DNA of 64,000 nucleotides from Squalus acanthias (taxonomy: Eukaryota): NCBI GenBank assembly GCA_030390025.1, contig JASTWF010000070.1, forward strand, positions 1,240,001 to 1,304,000, given 5' to 3'. Below, one piece after another: positions 41,666 through 53,500 of this stretch. The position numbers were made by a program, and so were the translations under genes. Numbering within the stretch: position 1 is the stretch's first letter; each line of letters opens with the position of its first letter. The notes under the pieces are model-generated. The model worked only from the letters and a program-made list of their open reading frames with translations, made no database searches and was not told the origin of the DNA.

Positions 41666-42138
41666 GAACTTCCTTTAGTTCCTCCTTCTGACGAGACCCT
41701 TCGTTGCCTAGGATTTCTGGGAAGTTATTTGTGTCCTCTTCCGTGAAGACAGAAAAAAAGTATTTGATTAATTCCTTTCCATTTCCTTGTTACTCATTAT
41801 AAATTCTCCCGTTTCTGACTGTAAGGGACCTAAATTTGTCTTCACTAATCTTCTTTATTTTTACATAATTTTAGAAGCTTTCACAGTCCGCTTTTATGCT
41901 CCTTGCAATTTTACTCTCATTGTCTATTTTTCCCCTCTTAATCAATCTCTTGGTCCTTTTTTGCTGAATTCTAAAATGTTCCCAATCCTCAGCCTTGCTA
42001 CTTTTTCTGGCAACTTTATATGATTCCTCTTTAGATCTAATACTATCGTTAATTTCTTTTGTTAGCCATGGTTGGGCTGCTTTTCGTTTTGTGTTTTTGC
42101 GCCAGAAAGGAATGTATAACTGTTGCATCATGTGTGGA

Positions 42139-42192
42139 ACTACAGTTCCCAAGGTGCAGTGCGCTGTGTGGCCAGTGTTCTGCAATGATTGG
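42139..42192 (+). promoter_or_regulatory. ZNF143/Staf-like motif + inverted CCAAT, upstream of cluster 4 (also 31922-31946, 18048-18072, 56061-56085)
   Basis: ACTACAGTTCCCAAGGTGCAGTGCG followed by ATTGG. Confidence 0.55.
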
Positions 42193-43451
42193 ATCTCCAG
42201 TCAGCCGTGTCGGTGCATGCAGTGACAAAGCTCGTGGTCCCTGTGCAAGGTTGAGAGAGCAGCTCCAGTTACAGCACCAAAGCCCCTTTACTAAGTATAA
42301 CAGACCAGAGGAATCAGTGATCAGTTGAAGCGCAGAAACAGAATCAAGCACCTGGGCTTCACGGAAAACCCCTTGTCCAGGTGAGAACCAATCGCTGCCC
42401 GAATTCAGTGCCGGCTACTCCAGGGGGCGAGAATCCCTTCGGCCGCTCTGTGTGTTTTACTAAGGAACAGGGGAATACCTAACATCACAGTTACACATTT
42501 CAGATATTTAATAAATAAAAACTATTATTCCTTTGACGATAATATTTCGAGCCAACCCAATTATTAACAATTTGATGCATGTTTCTTTCGCCCTCAACTA
42601 ACTGACACTAACCAGTTTCAATCCGACTTTTAAAAACATGAACCAAGACTCATTGTGGGGAATTAGGGATTGACTCCAAACAGGAGAAGTGTTCAACATC
42701 ACAGAGCCCCAGAAACAACTGACCCCGCCGCTTAATAATTCAACTGGAACAGGGTTTAAAAAGGGAACTGCGCGCATTAATCGGACCCGCAGCAAATTAA
42801 AGGCAGGGTGTCATTTTATTAATATTGTGCCGAGTTTTATTTGCCCTCCTGAGTTTTAAAGGGGATGACTCAGACTATAATAGAACAACTTCTCTTTAAG
42901 CCTGAGCAGGATGTAAAATGCCGCTTTCTTCCCCTCTTTCTTATTCATCTAATTAGCTCTTTACTCCGCCAAAGGAATATTCTCATCAGAATTGTATATA
43001 CAGCCTGAATCACAAATTATATTTGTCAATTGAACCCCAATTTGAAAGGGATTGACGAATCCAGGGTTGTCTTGCTGCTGATTTAGAGAAAGGGACGCCA
43101 GTCCATTATGGAATATGTATTTTAGGGGGAAAAGATGATTTTAAAATCTGATGCAATATCTCAGAGAGTAACAGCGCGTTATCAGAACGATTCCGGCCGA
43201 AGTGCATCAGCTGATCCGTATCTCTACAATCCGCCCCTCAATTTTCTGGGGTAGAAAACAGACTAAATATGCATTAAACACCAAAATCTTCGAAATCTTG
43301 GAAATTTCACTTCGCAGATTCTCCAATTGGAGTTTAAACATTTTTAAATGAAAGGTTTAAGATTCTAATAATTTAATCAGGCACAAATTGATTTAAATAA
43401 AAATCCCGAAGTGAAAATCTGCCTCCTTCCTTTTCCTGGCCCCTCCCAGCC

Positions 43452-43474
43452 ATTTGCATACCGGGTAATAAATA
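43452..43474 (+). promoter_or_regulatory. octamer + TATA-like V promoter, cluster 4
   Basis: ATTTGCAT at 43452-43459; TAATAAATA at 43466-43474. Confidence 0.9.
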
Positions 43475-43591
43475 GACCCGGAGTCTCGGGTTTGCAGACA
43501 CTGTAACCGGACCGGGTCACGGAGTTTACAGGAACAGCGCACGGTTCAGTCGGAAATTTGAGCGGTGGCTGTTGGCGCTTCTCCGGACGAA

Positions 43592-43640
43592 ATGGCTCCA
43601 GCGATGCATCTCCTGTGGACTCTGCTGATCCATTTAACAG
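43592..43640 (+). CDS. leader exon, cluster 4 (MAPAMHLLWTLLIHLTG)
   Basis: 49 nt, GTGAG donor. Confidence 0.92.
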
Positions 43641-43792
43641 GTGAGACACGGATGGTTTTAGTCACGGGTTTATCCGCAACTAAATCGGTTCAATACCGAG
43701 AATCGGGCGCTTTTCTCTCCTTGTTTACTGAAGCATTAGTTTCCTATTTGCTCCAAGTCTCTGAATGGGTTGAATTTTTTCTTTTATTGAAG

Positions 43793-44146
43793 GTGTCCTG
43801 GCGGCTCCCGTCCTCAATCAGTCCCCAATATCCGATCCTGTCTCCGCGGGTCAGACCGCCCGGTTACAGTGTGTGATGGAGAACGGGGCTGTGGGAAGCA
43901 ATCACGTGAACTGGTACCGACAGCGACCCGGGGAAACTCCGGTGTGGGTGCTGGAGCATCAAACAGATAATACTATATACAGAGGCACCGGCTTCACAGA
44001 CCGTTTTCAACCTTCCAGAGACGCCTCCGGTAACAGTTACATTCTGACCATCGGAACCCTGGTGCCCGGTGACTCCGCCGTCTATTACTGTGCTGTGTGG
44101 GAGTTTGGAATCATCTTCGGACCGGGGACCGCCCTGAGTGTAAAGA
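43793..44146 (+). CDS. germline-joined VJ exon, cluster 4 (CDR3 CAVWEFGIIF)
   Basis: open 354-nt exon, canonical splice sites, FGPGTALSVK. Confidence 0.96.
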
Positions 44147-47100
44147 GTAAGTGACTCTGTCATTCTATCATTCACATTGTTTCAATTATTATTAATTGAC
44201 AGTCGCTTTCATACTCGGGCGCCAGAGAAATCTCCATTCAGTGAATTTTGATGTTGGATTTATTTAGAACGAAAAAATGTTAAGTTGATCAGCATTGGAA
44301 TTGTTGAAGAGCCTCGGGGAATAATACTGCGCTGAAATGAAGTTTCACACCATTTCCTGCTCCCATTCAATGGGGGAGATGATGAGAAGTGTTCTTTTTA
44401 CGCAGCGAGTTGCTGTGATCTGGAATGCGCTGCCTGAAAGGGCGCTGGGAGCAGATTCAATAGTAACTTTCAAAAGTGAATTGGATAAATACTTGAAAAG
44501 GATAAATGCAGAGCTTTGGGGAAAGAGCAGGGGAGTGGAAATAATTGGAGAGCTCTATTCAAAGAGCCTGCAGAGGCATGATGGTCTGAATGTCCTCACA
44601 GGAGCATTGATTGATAAAATAGTGACATAGGAACAGGAGGAGGCCATTCAGCCACTCGAGCCTGTGTGAAAAAGTGCTTCCCTCCTCAATGGATGGGCTC
44701 TAATTTTAATTGAACTCCCCTGGTACTTGATTCCCCCACCGGAGGAAATCGTTTCTCTGTGTTTACCCGATCGAAACCTTTTTCGAATTTTAAACACCTC
44801 GATTAGTTCAACCCTGAATCTTCTAAACTCAAAGGAATACAAACCAAGTTTATGCAAACCGTCCTCGTAATTTAACCCTCTAAGCCCCGGTATCATTCGG
44901 GTGTAGCAAGAGACAGAGAGAGAGAGAGAGAGGGAAAGTTGTGAGCGACACTGTGAAGTTCTGACAGTGGACACTGAATATGTCAGTGTGTTACTCTGAG
45001 ACTTTAAGGGAGAAAATTGCAGGGTTATAGGGAAAGAGCAGCGGAGTGGGACTAATTGGAGAACTCTTTCAAAGAGCCGGCACAGGCACCATGGTCCGAA
45101 TGGCCTCCTTCCGTGCTGTATGACTCTATGCTGCTCCTTACTTCTTCTCTTTGTGTATGTGGAATTATTCCTATTGTCCAGAGTCGGCACCGTCCGATTT
45201 TAGAAAGATTGCCCGGAGCCGGTAGGGCGAACCCCGGGGGAATTCCAACCCATTTACCGTCATTTGCAACTTTCAATGTTGCTGCTGGTTTTATTCCTGT
45301 GGCGTATTGTACCCCTGACCGCAGCCGTCGGGTGTCCGGCTCTGGGCTGGGAGAGAGAGAGGACCATCCCGAGACCCGCTGTCCCAGCACACAACCGGTT
45401 GGAGCGACTCCCTGTCGCCAGCAACACCGGTACTAGTCGGGATTGTATTCGTTTGACGGGATCGGTTTTATTCTGAATTTCCTGTTCCGATATTTAATCT
45501 GTCTGAGCTCATTATTCGCAATCTCCCCGCTGTTTATAGAGCAGGACCGGCGCTTTACCATGGAGCGGCGCAGTGACAATTACTGACCAGCCCCGTGTGT
45601 GTGAGTGAGACTGGGTGATGCTTGTTGAAGGGAACTTTCTCTCCATCTCATTCTCTCGCTGCTGACCCTCTCCCGTCCCCCAGGCTGTGTCTGCTGACTC
45701 TCCCTGTCCAGTGTCCCCCCGGGGATAGCGCCGATTCTCCTGGGTTGATCTGTCGGTTCCGCTACCGCCCAGTGTTGAACGGATCGCTCCGGGACCGGCG
45801 AGACTGACCTGATCCCGAGAGAGAAATCAGTTCACCCGCGCGGGGAAGAATCCTTGCTTGCCTCTGTAGCGAGAATCTTTTACAACCCTTGTTCCCCCTT
45901 TACTCGAAATATTAAAACGTGAAAACCCTTCATCAAAGAGAAGGTTGAGGGGTGGCCGAATAGAGGTTTTTAAAATGATGAAAGGTTTTGATAGAGTAGA
46001 CACAGAGAGAATGATTCCACTTCTGGGGAAGAGAATGACTAGGAACGATCAATAAAAGATAGTCACCAAGAAATCCAATAGGAAATTCAGGAGAAACTTC
46101 TTTACCCAGAGTGTGTTGAGAATGTGGAACTCGCTACCACAGGGAGTGGTTGATGCGAATAGTATAGATGCACTTATGGGGAGGCTAGATAAGCGCATGA
46201 GGGAGAAGGGAATAGAGGGTTATGCTGATAGATTTAGATGTGGAAATAAGGGAGGAGGCTCGAGTGGATCATAAACACCGGCATGGACTGGTTGGGCCGA
46301 ATGAACTGTGTCTGTGCTGTATATTCTGTGTAATTCTATGAAAAGCATTTACAACATTGTTAGACAGTCACTACATTAATTGTACAATGTCCTCTCTTTG
46401 TTCAGTGAGCTCTTCAATACCCGGTAACAGACCCGACTCAATTATTATCTCCGCAACATTTAAAGCGAATCAGTTTCTAACACGCAATCTAAAAAAAATC
46501 TGAATTGTAAAAAAAAATTCCGGAGTCTTATAGAATAATTCAGTAGAGAAGGAGGCCATTCGGCCCATCCTGCCTGTGGCGGGTCTTTGAAAGGGCTCCA
46601 TCAGTTTGAGATATCAGAACATAATGTGGATTCTCGGTGAAAAGCGGGTCACAGCTCCGTGACTCGACCACTTTAATGTTAACACAACCCATTTTAAGAC
46701 AATCAAACGCTTTATTATATTGAAGTAAAACGGGAAAGAACTGCAATTATAGAAAATCAAATAAAAACAGAAAATGCTGGGAATACACGGCCGGTCAATC
46801 AGTGTCTGTAACGGGAACAGACAGGTTAGTGCGGTTCCGAGGGTGTAACCTGCACCTGAACTGGTCAGTTACTGATCTTTCCATCTCACACATGCTGACT
46901 GACCCGGTCTGTATTTCTGCATTTTCTGTGCTATTTTACAAGAAAGAAAGGAAGATTTGTATTTCTACAGCTACTTTCACGACATCAGGACGTCCCAAAG
47001 CGCTTTACAGCCAATGAAGTACTTTTGAACCAAGTCACTGTTGTAATGTAGGGAAAAGAATTGGCAGAGGAGCAGAGGAATTAGAGATTTCAGAATTTAT

Positions 47101-47240
47101 TGGAATTCCTGTATTAATCAGTAATTTATTTTAAAATGAATGTTGGTCGGGGGTTCTTTGGCGTCTTTGATTTCAGATCAGAGCGTCCCACTGCTGACGG
47201 ATTCCATAAACTAATGAATTTTCTTTGCCCCCACACACAG

Positions 47241-47569
47241 GCAGCGAGAATCGAAGCCCCTCGGTTCTTCTCCTCCCTCCCTCCTCGGAAGAAATCGGCT
47301 GGGGATCGGCCACTCTGTCCTGCCTGGTCAGTCGCTTCAAGCCGGGCTTGGTACGGCTCCGCTGGAGCGTGGATGGCCAAGAGACAGACAGCGGGGTGAC
47401 GACAGGCGCCGTGTCCCCGGAGAGCGATCAAACCTACAGCCTGAGCAGTTACCTGAGAGTCCCCGCCGCCGCCTGGAACAAGGGCTTCAGCTATTCCTGC
47501 AGCGTCAGCCACGGCTCCCTGAGCTCGCCTCTTCTCAAGACCATCAGCGCCTCCTCGTGTTCCGACTGA
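47241..47569 (+). CDS. Ig light chain type I constant exon, cluster 4
   Basis: 329-nt open exon ending SSCSD*. Confidence 0.95.
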
Positions 47570-50500
47570 GGCGGTGCAAGTTGGCAGTAGAGTTTGATTT
47601 TTGCTAGTGTTTAATGAAAGGAAACAGATCATTCGATGTGTGCAATCCAGCTTTTTTTTTGCAATTTAATCACTGTAGCAATTTCAATTTTTGGCAAACA
47701 ACCCGAATGTTCAATAATATCAGAAGAGAACGAAATGATTGTCTAGCTTTCTGAGATGGAACTTTCTGTACAACTATCCCAATAATCTTGTGTGTAAACT
47801 TTCGCTGTGTGTAGAATGGGGACAGATTTCCCTTTAGTCTCTGACCATATTGTGATTGGGAACTTGTGTAACACAACTCTTAATAAACATGAAATGCTGC
47901 CACGAGCTTAAAGTGATCCGTCTTTACTCAGCACTTAACGGAGACATTGAGTGGATTACATAGAATGTACAGCACAAACAGACCATTCAGCCCAATCAGT
48001 CTATGCCGGTGTTTATGCTCCACACGAGCCTCCTCCCACCGCTATTCAACTCACCACATCAACAGATCCTTCTATTCCTTTCTCCCTCATGTATTTATCG
48101 AGCTTCCCCTTTAATGCTTCTATACAATTCGATTCAACTATTCCATATGGTAGCGAGTTTCACATTCTCAGCAATCTCTGGGTATAAAAGGTTGCTCCTG
48201 AATTCCCTATTAGATTTCTTAAGTTTAAGGTTATGCTTCCTTGTTCTGGACGTTCCCCCACCGGAGGAGTAGTTTCTCTCTGTCTACCTTATCAATCCTT
48301 TACAAATTCCTATGAACCTCAACCAAATCACCCCTTAATATTACATATTCCAGGGAATACAATCCTAGTTTCTTTAATCTCTCCTCGTAATTTATCCCTT
48401 GGATCCCTGGTAACATTCTGGTGAATCAGCGCTGAACTCCCTCCAGTATATCCTTTCTGAGATGTGGTGCCCAGAACCTCTACACAGTGCTCCAGATACT
48501 GGATTATTTAAGTAGTGTGGGAGAGAGAAGCCAGGTCAACGTCAGTTGTGGGGAAGTTAATAGAATCTGTCATTAGGGATAGAGTGAGTGAACATTTAAG
48601 CAAATATGAGCTGGTCAGAGGGGCCAGCATGGCTTTCTTAAAGGTAAATCATATCATATATTAATCCAGTTACATTTCTTGAGGAGGTCACTAATCAGAT
48701 ACAGAAAGGATGTCTATGGATGTTGTCTACATGGAATCCCAGAAGGTATTCAATAAGGTTCCACATTAACGATTATTGGCCAAGTTGAGACCACATGGGA
48801 TGGGTGGAGCCTTTTTATTTGGGTTGGAGTTTGGATGGGAAGCAGGAGACAGAGACTCGGAATAAAGAGTAGGTACACAGACTAGCGGGATGTGACAAGT
48901 GGTGTTCCCCAGGGATCAGTTCTGGAGCCTCAATCTTTCCAGCGTATTTATTGATGAGTTGGATGCAGGAATAGGGAGTTGTATATCCCTGTTTGCAGTT
49001 GGTGTTAAGTTAGTTGGCACAGTAACTTGTGTAGATGGGAGCAACAATTTGAAAGGGAATATGTACAGATTGTGAGCGGAGGGAAATGTGACAGATGTCG
49101 CTCAATGTGGGGAAGTGAGAGGTAATCCAGTGTGGATCGACTCCTGTTCCTGTGCTCCTCGATCAGCAAGTGAGGATTCTGAATATGGTTAATCATGCTT
49201 GTGAAATGTCCAGAGAACACTGGACAGAGAGTGTCGCCAATGAGCATGCGCAATGCTGGTGGGGGTGGCGGGGTTGCGAGTCGCATGCATGAGCACCAAC
49301 GAGCTTACATAGTAATCCTGCGTGCGTACGTAATAATCACATGTACTATGAACGTGCTGACGTACGATTAACTTGCTTACCTTGCATAATTAAATAGCTG
49401 TGCTTGTGAGTGCAGTTGAAATCATTCTCATAGCACTGGAGGTGCTAAGTTTCTATAAGTGTATTGATAAATAAAGATTATTAATCTCTCTAGCTCTTAA
49501 GTCCACCAGTATATATTAAAGTGAAGGATAAGGATTATTCTGACACCACACATCACGTGGCTGTTCGATTTCCAAACCTTAAGCTTTGGTCGATCGGTGC
49601 TGAGACCACAGGTGTCACCTTTGGCGCCCTAACTTCAAAAGCGAAATTGATCCATTACAGGCCATTCATTGAAGAGCGCCACGCATCATTCTGGGAGTAG
49701 ATTACGAAAGACATTGCTAAAACTCAGTCTGGTTCAGTTGCTCAATCAAGTATTGAAAGGGGACAACATCCAGATCGGTTGAGCACAGATAATGAACGTA
49801 TAATCACGGTCTTTGGGCTGGGCTGTGAACGAGGAACTGGAGGATAGTTTATGAACTACACGAGGGGCAGCAAAAGAAAAAAAGATGAACATATCCCACA
49901 CAGTATAGTAGGTCTGTATCAAAGACTGCCTGTGGAGACACTTAGGCCGCGATTTCCCCTAACTGGGCGGGTCCGTGGCGGGCGAGATCGTTGGTGGGTC
50001 GTGGCCTGGCTGCTGGCTCAATCTCGGCCTCCGACATGACTGGCCCCTGATTGGGCTTGTTAATCCCGCTTTGCGAGTTTCCCAGCCAATTGAAAGAAGC
50101 GGGTCTGATGACGTTATTTCATGACGCGTCATCAGCTGGTTTTCTTTAAGGGACCATTCGCAAATTGACTTTGACATTTGTGCTGTTCCTGTTCTGCAGC
50201 ATTGAAGTACTGCAAACATTGATAATCACTTCACAGAGGTGCACGGCTGCACCCACGCTCTCCGATGACTCCCTCCAGAGCACGTAGGGAGGCTCTTTTC
50301 CCTTCCAAAGAGACCTCCCCAGGAGACCAACACAGCCTGGTTGCACACTGTACAGGAGGGCAGAAGCAGGGACATCGTCAAGAGGACCAGACTTCAGTGG
50401 CTCAAAACTTTCAATGATCTCTGTAGAACACGAAACGTTAATGCAAAGACACACTCAACCTCATCCTGCTCTGCCACTCAGCGCATCCCCATGACTCTGT

Positions 50501-53500
50501 CTTCCCTGTCCTGCTGCTGCACAGCCTTACTCACACTAAATTACCTTGCACCTCTACCCATCCCTCTCTATCTACATTCTCACTTTCTTATATCACTAGC
50601 CACCCCTCACACTCACCCTCATACTGGTCCAATCATACCAACTAACAATACACAAGGATAGGCACTTTAGTGTTTTAGCCAATTATCATTTGAAATTTCT
50701 GTTAGAAGATATGGAAATCTTTTTTTTATACACTTCGTCCATTCTTCGACAGATTGGTGTGCACCTTTGAAAGTGGCTTAGTGAGTTGCAGTGAATGTTG
50801 AAACATAATCGTATCCCCACCCCCACAATGCTGAGGAGTGAGAAAGTAATGGCTTGGGCAAGGTAAAGATGCTTTACGCTGTTGGTGTGGGGTGGTGCCA
50901 ACCTGGCGCAACATGTGGCGGCCATATGGGTGTGGAGCGTCAAGTGAAGTAAATCTGGCTATGGTGAGGCCATCGCTGGAGCCCCGGACAGCAATGTGGT
51001 TGGGTGCTGATTCCCTCTGTCCTGTGCAGCATCAGGTGATTGCAGAGAAGGTTGGTGTGGTTGTTGGTGCTGCTGGTGTGCCTGGTGATGCTGATGTTGT
51101 GGTTGATTGTGCTCAGATTATGAGGACCACGTTGAGAGAGTATAACCGTACCCATACTGATGGAATAGATGGCAGTTGAACTTGAGATGAGAGAAGGAAT
51201 CTGTCAATGGTGAAAGAGGTTGTTGCAATGAGGTGACGTAATAATTACACGTACTATGAACGAATTTGCTCCAAACACTTGAAATCTGCTTAAAGTTCAA
51301 TCTCTCTTCCTAATGCAGTAAGCAATAGGTTTTGAGTTTGGAAAGTGAACAGCTGTGAGATGGGAGATTTTATAGCACTTTTCCAGATATCAAATAATGA
51401 GATGGCGATTCAACTCCCGCCCAGCTTAACAGACGTGATGCCCCAGCAGCGTGGAGCCCGTTGGCGAGATGGTAAGTTCGAAAGGTGAGCTAATAATTGT
51501 TGTTACTGCTCTGTTAACAAGGTCATAATGACCTGAATTGCTCCCTCGCCGCCACGTGTCGGGTCTGTTTCGCGCTGACATACCCGACATTTGGTAAAGG
51601 CGCGTGGTGGCGGGATGACAGCGGGAACCCGACCACTGTAAAAAAAAACATGTTCCCTCCTGACCCGCTACCGATCCCGCCGCTGAACCCAAGGAAAATT
51701 CCCCCCTAAGATTAATGTTAGACTTTAGGTTGGAGTCGATTAGAACTCGGTGCAGACCCAGCCGGTATTTTCCGGTGTGATAGCGGGCGAGCTCGGTGGG
51801 GGGGTCGAGAGGGAATTTTGATTTTTTTGTCAGCGGGTCAGGATCCCGCTGTCATCTCTCCCCCATGTCCCTTAGTGCAACGACAGCACGATGTAAGATT
51901 AAACTTCAACTGTGATGTGGCCATGGTCCCTTCAAAGATCCCGGCTGATAACGCGTCATGAATGACGTCACCAGACTCGCTCCATCTCATTGGGCCGGGT
52001 AACGCGCTGGTCGGGCTTAATAGGCCCCATTAAGGTGAGTTAATTTGCAGCAGAGGCATGGAGCCAGCAGCGGGATCGCGACCCGCCGTGGCCACCGTCA
52101 GCACCGGAACCGCCCAGCTGAGGCAAGTCCCGGCCTTGACTCCAAAGCCAAAGGACAATCCTGGAGCAGTGAATGCGGCGGATTGGCACTCCTGTCACTT
52201 AAAGTGCTCCACCTGTTCGATTCCCCGCAAATTTCTGAAGATTTTCAAATTTTAACAGTTGGTAGCGAAACTCGATGTTTCCCAATCTGCCCGAGTCCCT
52301 TCTCTAAACCTCTCCGCCTCTCTCTTCACCTTTAAGACACTCCTGATAACCCACCTCCCTGAGCAAGCTTTTCGTCACCTGTCCCAATATCTCCTTATGT
52401 GGCTCGATGACAAATATTGTTTGTTTAGCGCTCCTGTGCAGCACCTTGGGACGTTTTACTACGTTAAAGGCGCTGTATAAAAACATGTTGTTGTTGGTGC
52501 TCTGTAACCTACATACAATGCTCTTACAATACTTTAATGACCCAGCAATTCATTCCTGAACGCTATAGGATCTGGGAACCCTATTGGGGGAATGGATGGG
52601 AATAAGATGGGCGGGAGAATGTGGGGAGTGGGGTTTACATATAAAAATGAGCTAACCCCACCTGAACCAACTGTATAAGCTCCTGCCGCCATATCTAAGC
52701 TCTCAGGCGGGAAACATCATTATAATATTTAAATTACGCTCCCACACTGCAGTTGGGAGCCTGACATGAATTTAACGGCTGCGAGCCGGGTTTCCCGGTG
52801 CTCAGGAAACCCAGCATCGAAATCACCCCTTAACAGTCCCTGCTCTAAGGAGAACTATTCCAGTCTCTCCTCATAAGTGAAGTCCCTCATCCCTGGTACC
52901 ATTCTCGTAAATCTCCTCTACAAGGTCTTGACATCTTTCTTAAAGTGTGGTGCCCAGAATTGAACACAATACTCCAGCTGAGGGCTAATCAGTGATTATT
53001 AATGTTCAGCATAACGCCCTTCTTTTGTCATCTATACCTCTATTTCAACAGCCTTCGCAAGTTGTCCTGCTACCTTAAAAGATGGGTGTACCTGAACCCC
53101 AGGTCTCTCTGTTCCTGCATCCCCTTCACTAACTGAAATGGAGCTATAAACCCTGTCAACATGTTTCCAGAAAGGCGCACTTTACTAGCAATAATTAATA
53201 ATTCCTCACGTTTCCTTCTTTCCATCTTAATCTCTAGTGTTGGTGATTTAGTACATGATGGAATCTGGAACAGTACCCATGGATTGGAGGGTAGCTAATG
53301 TTCCCCCACTATCCAAAATCGGTGGTAGAGAGAAAACGGGGAATTACAGAACGGTAAGCCTGACATCGGAAGTGGGGATAATGATAGAGTCCATTATAAA
53401 AGATGTAATAGCTGAGCACTTGAAAAACAGCGACAGGATCGGACAAAGTCAACATGGATTTACAAAAGGTAAATGATGCTTGAATAATCTGCTGGAATTT

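Larger units (their letters stand above)
35261..42131 (-). mobile_element. 5'-truncated CR1 LINE host (pieces 35261-35410, ~39908-41359, ~41666-42131), split by a younger CR1 and a SINE
   Basis: tail (tagaaaca)n at 35261; RT fragments 40044-41342 (YADDTK, KSPGAD); removing it restores the paralogous upstream sequence. Confidence 0.85.
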
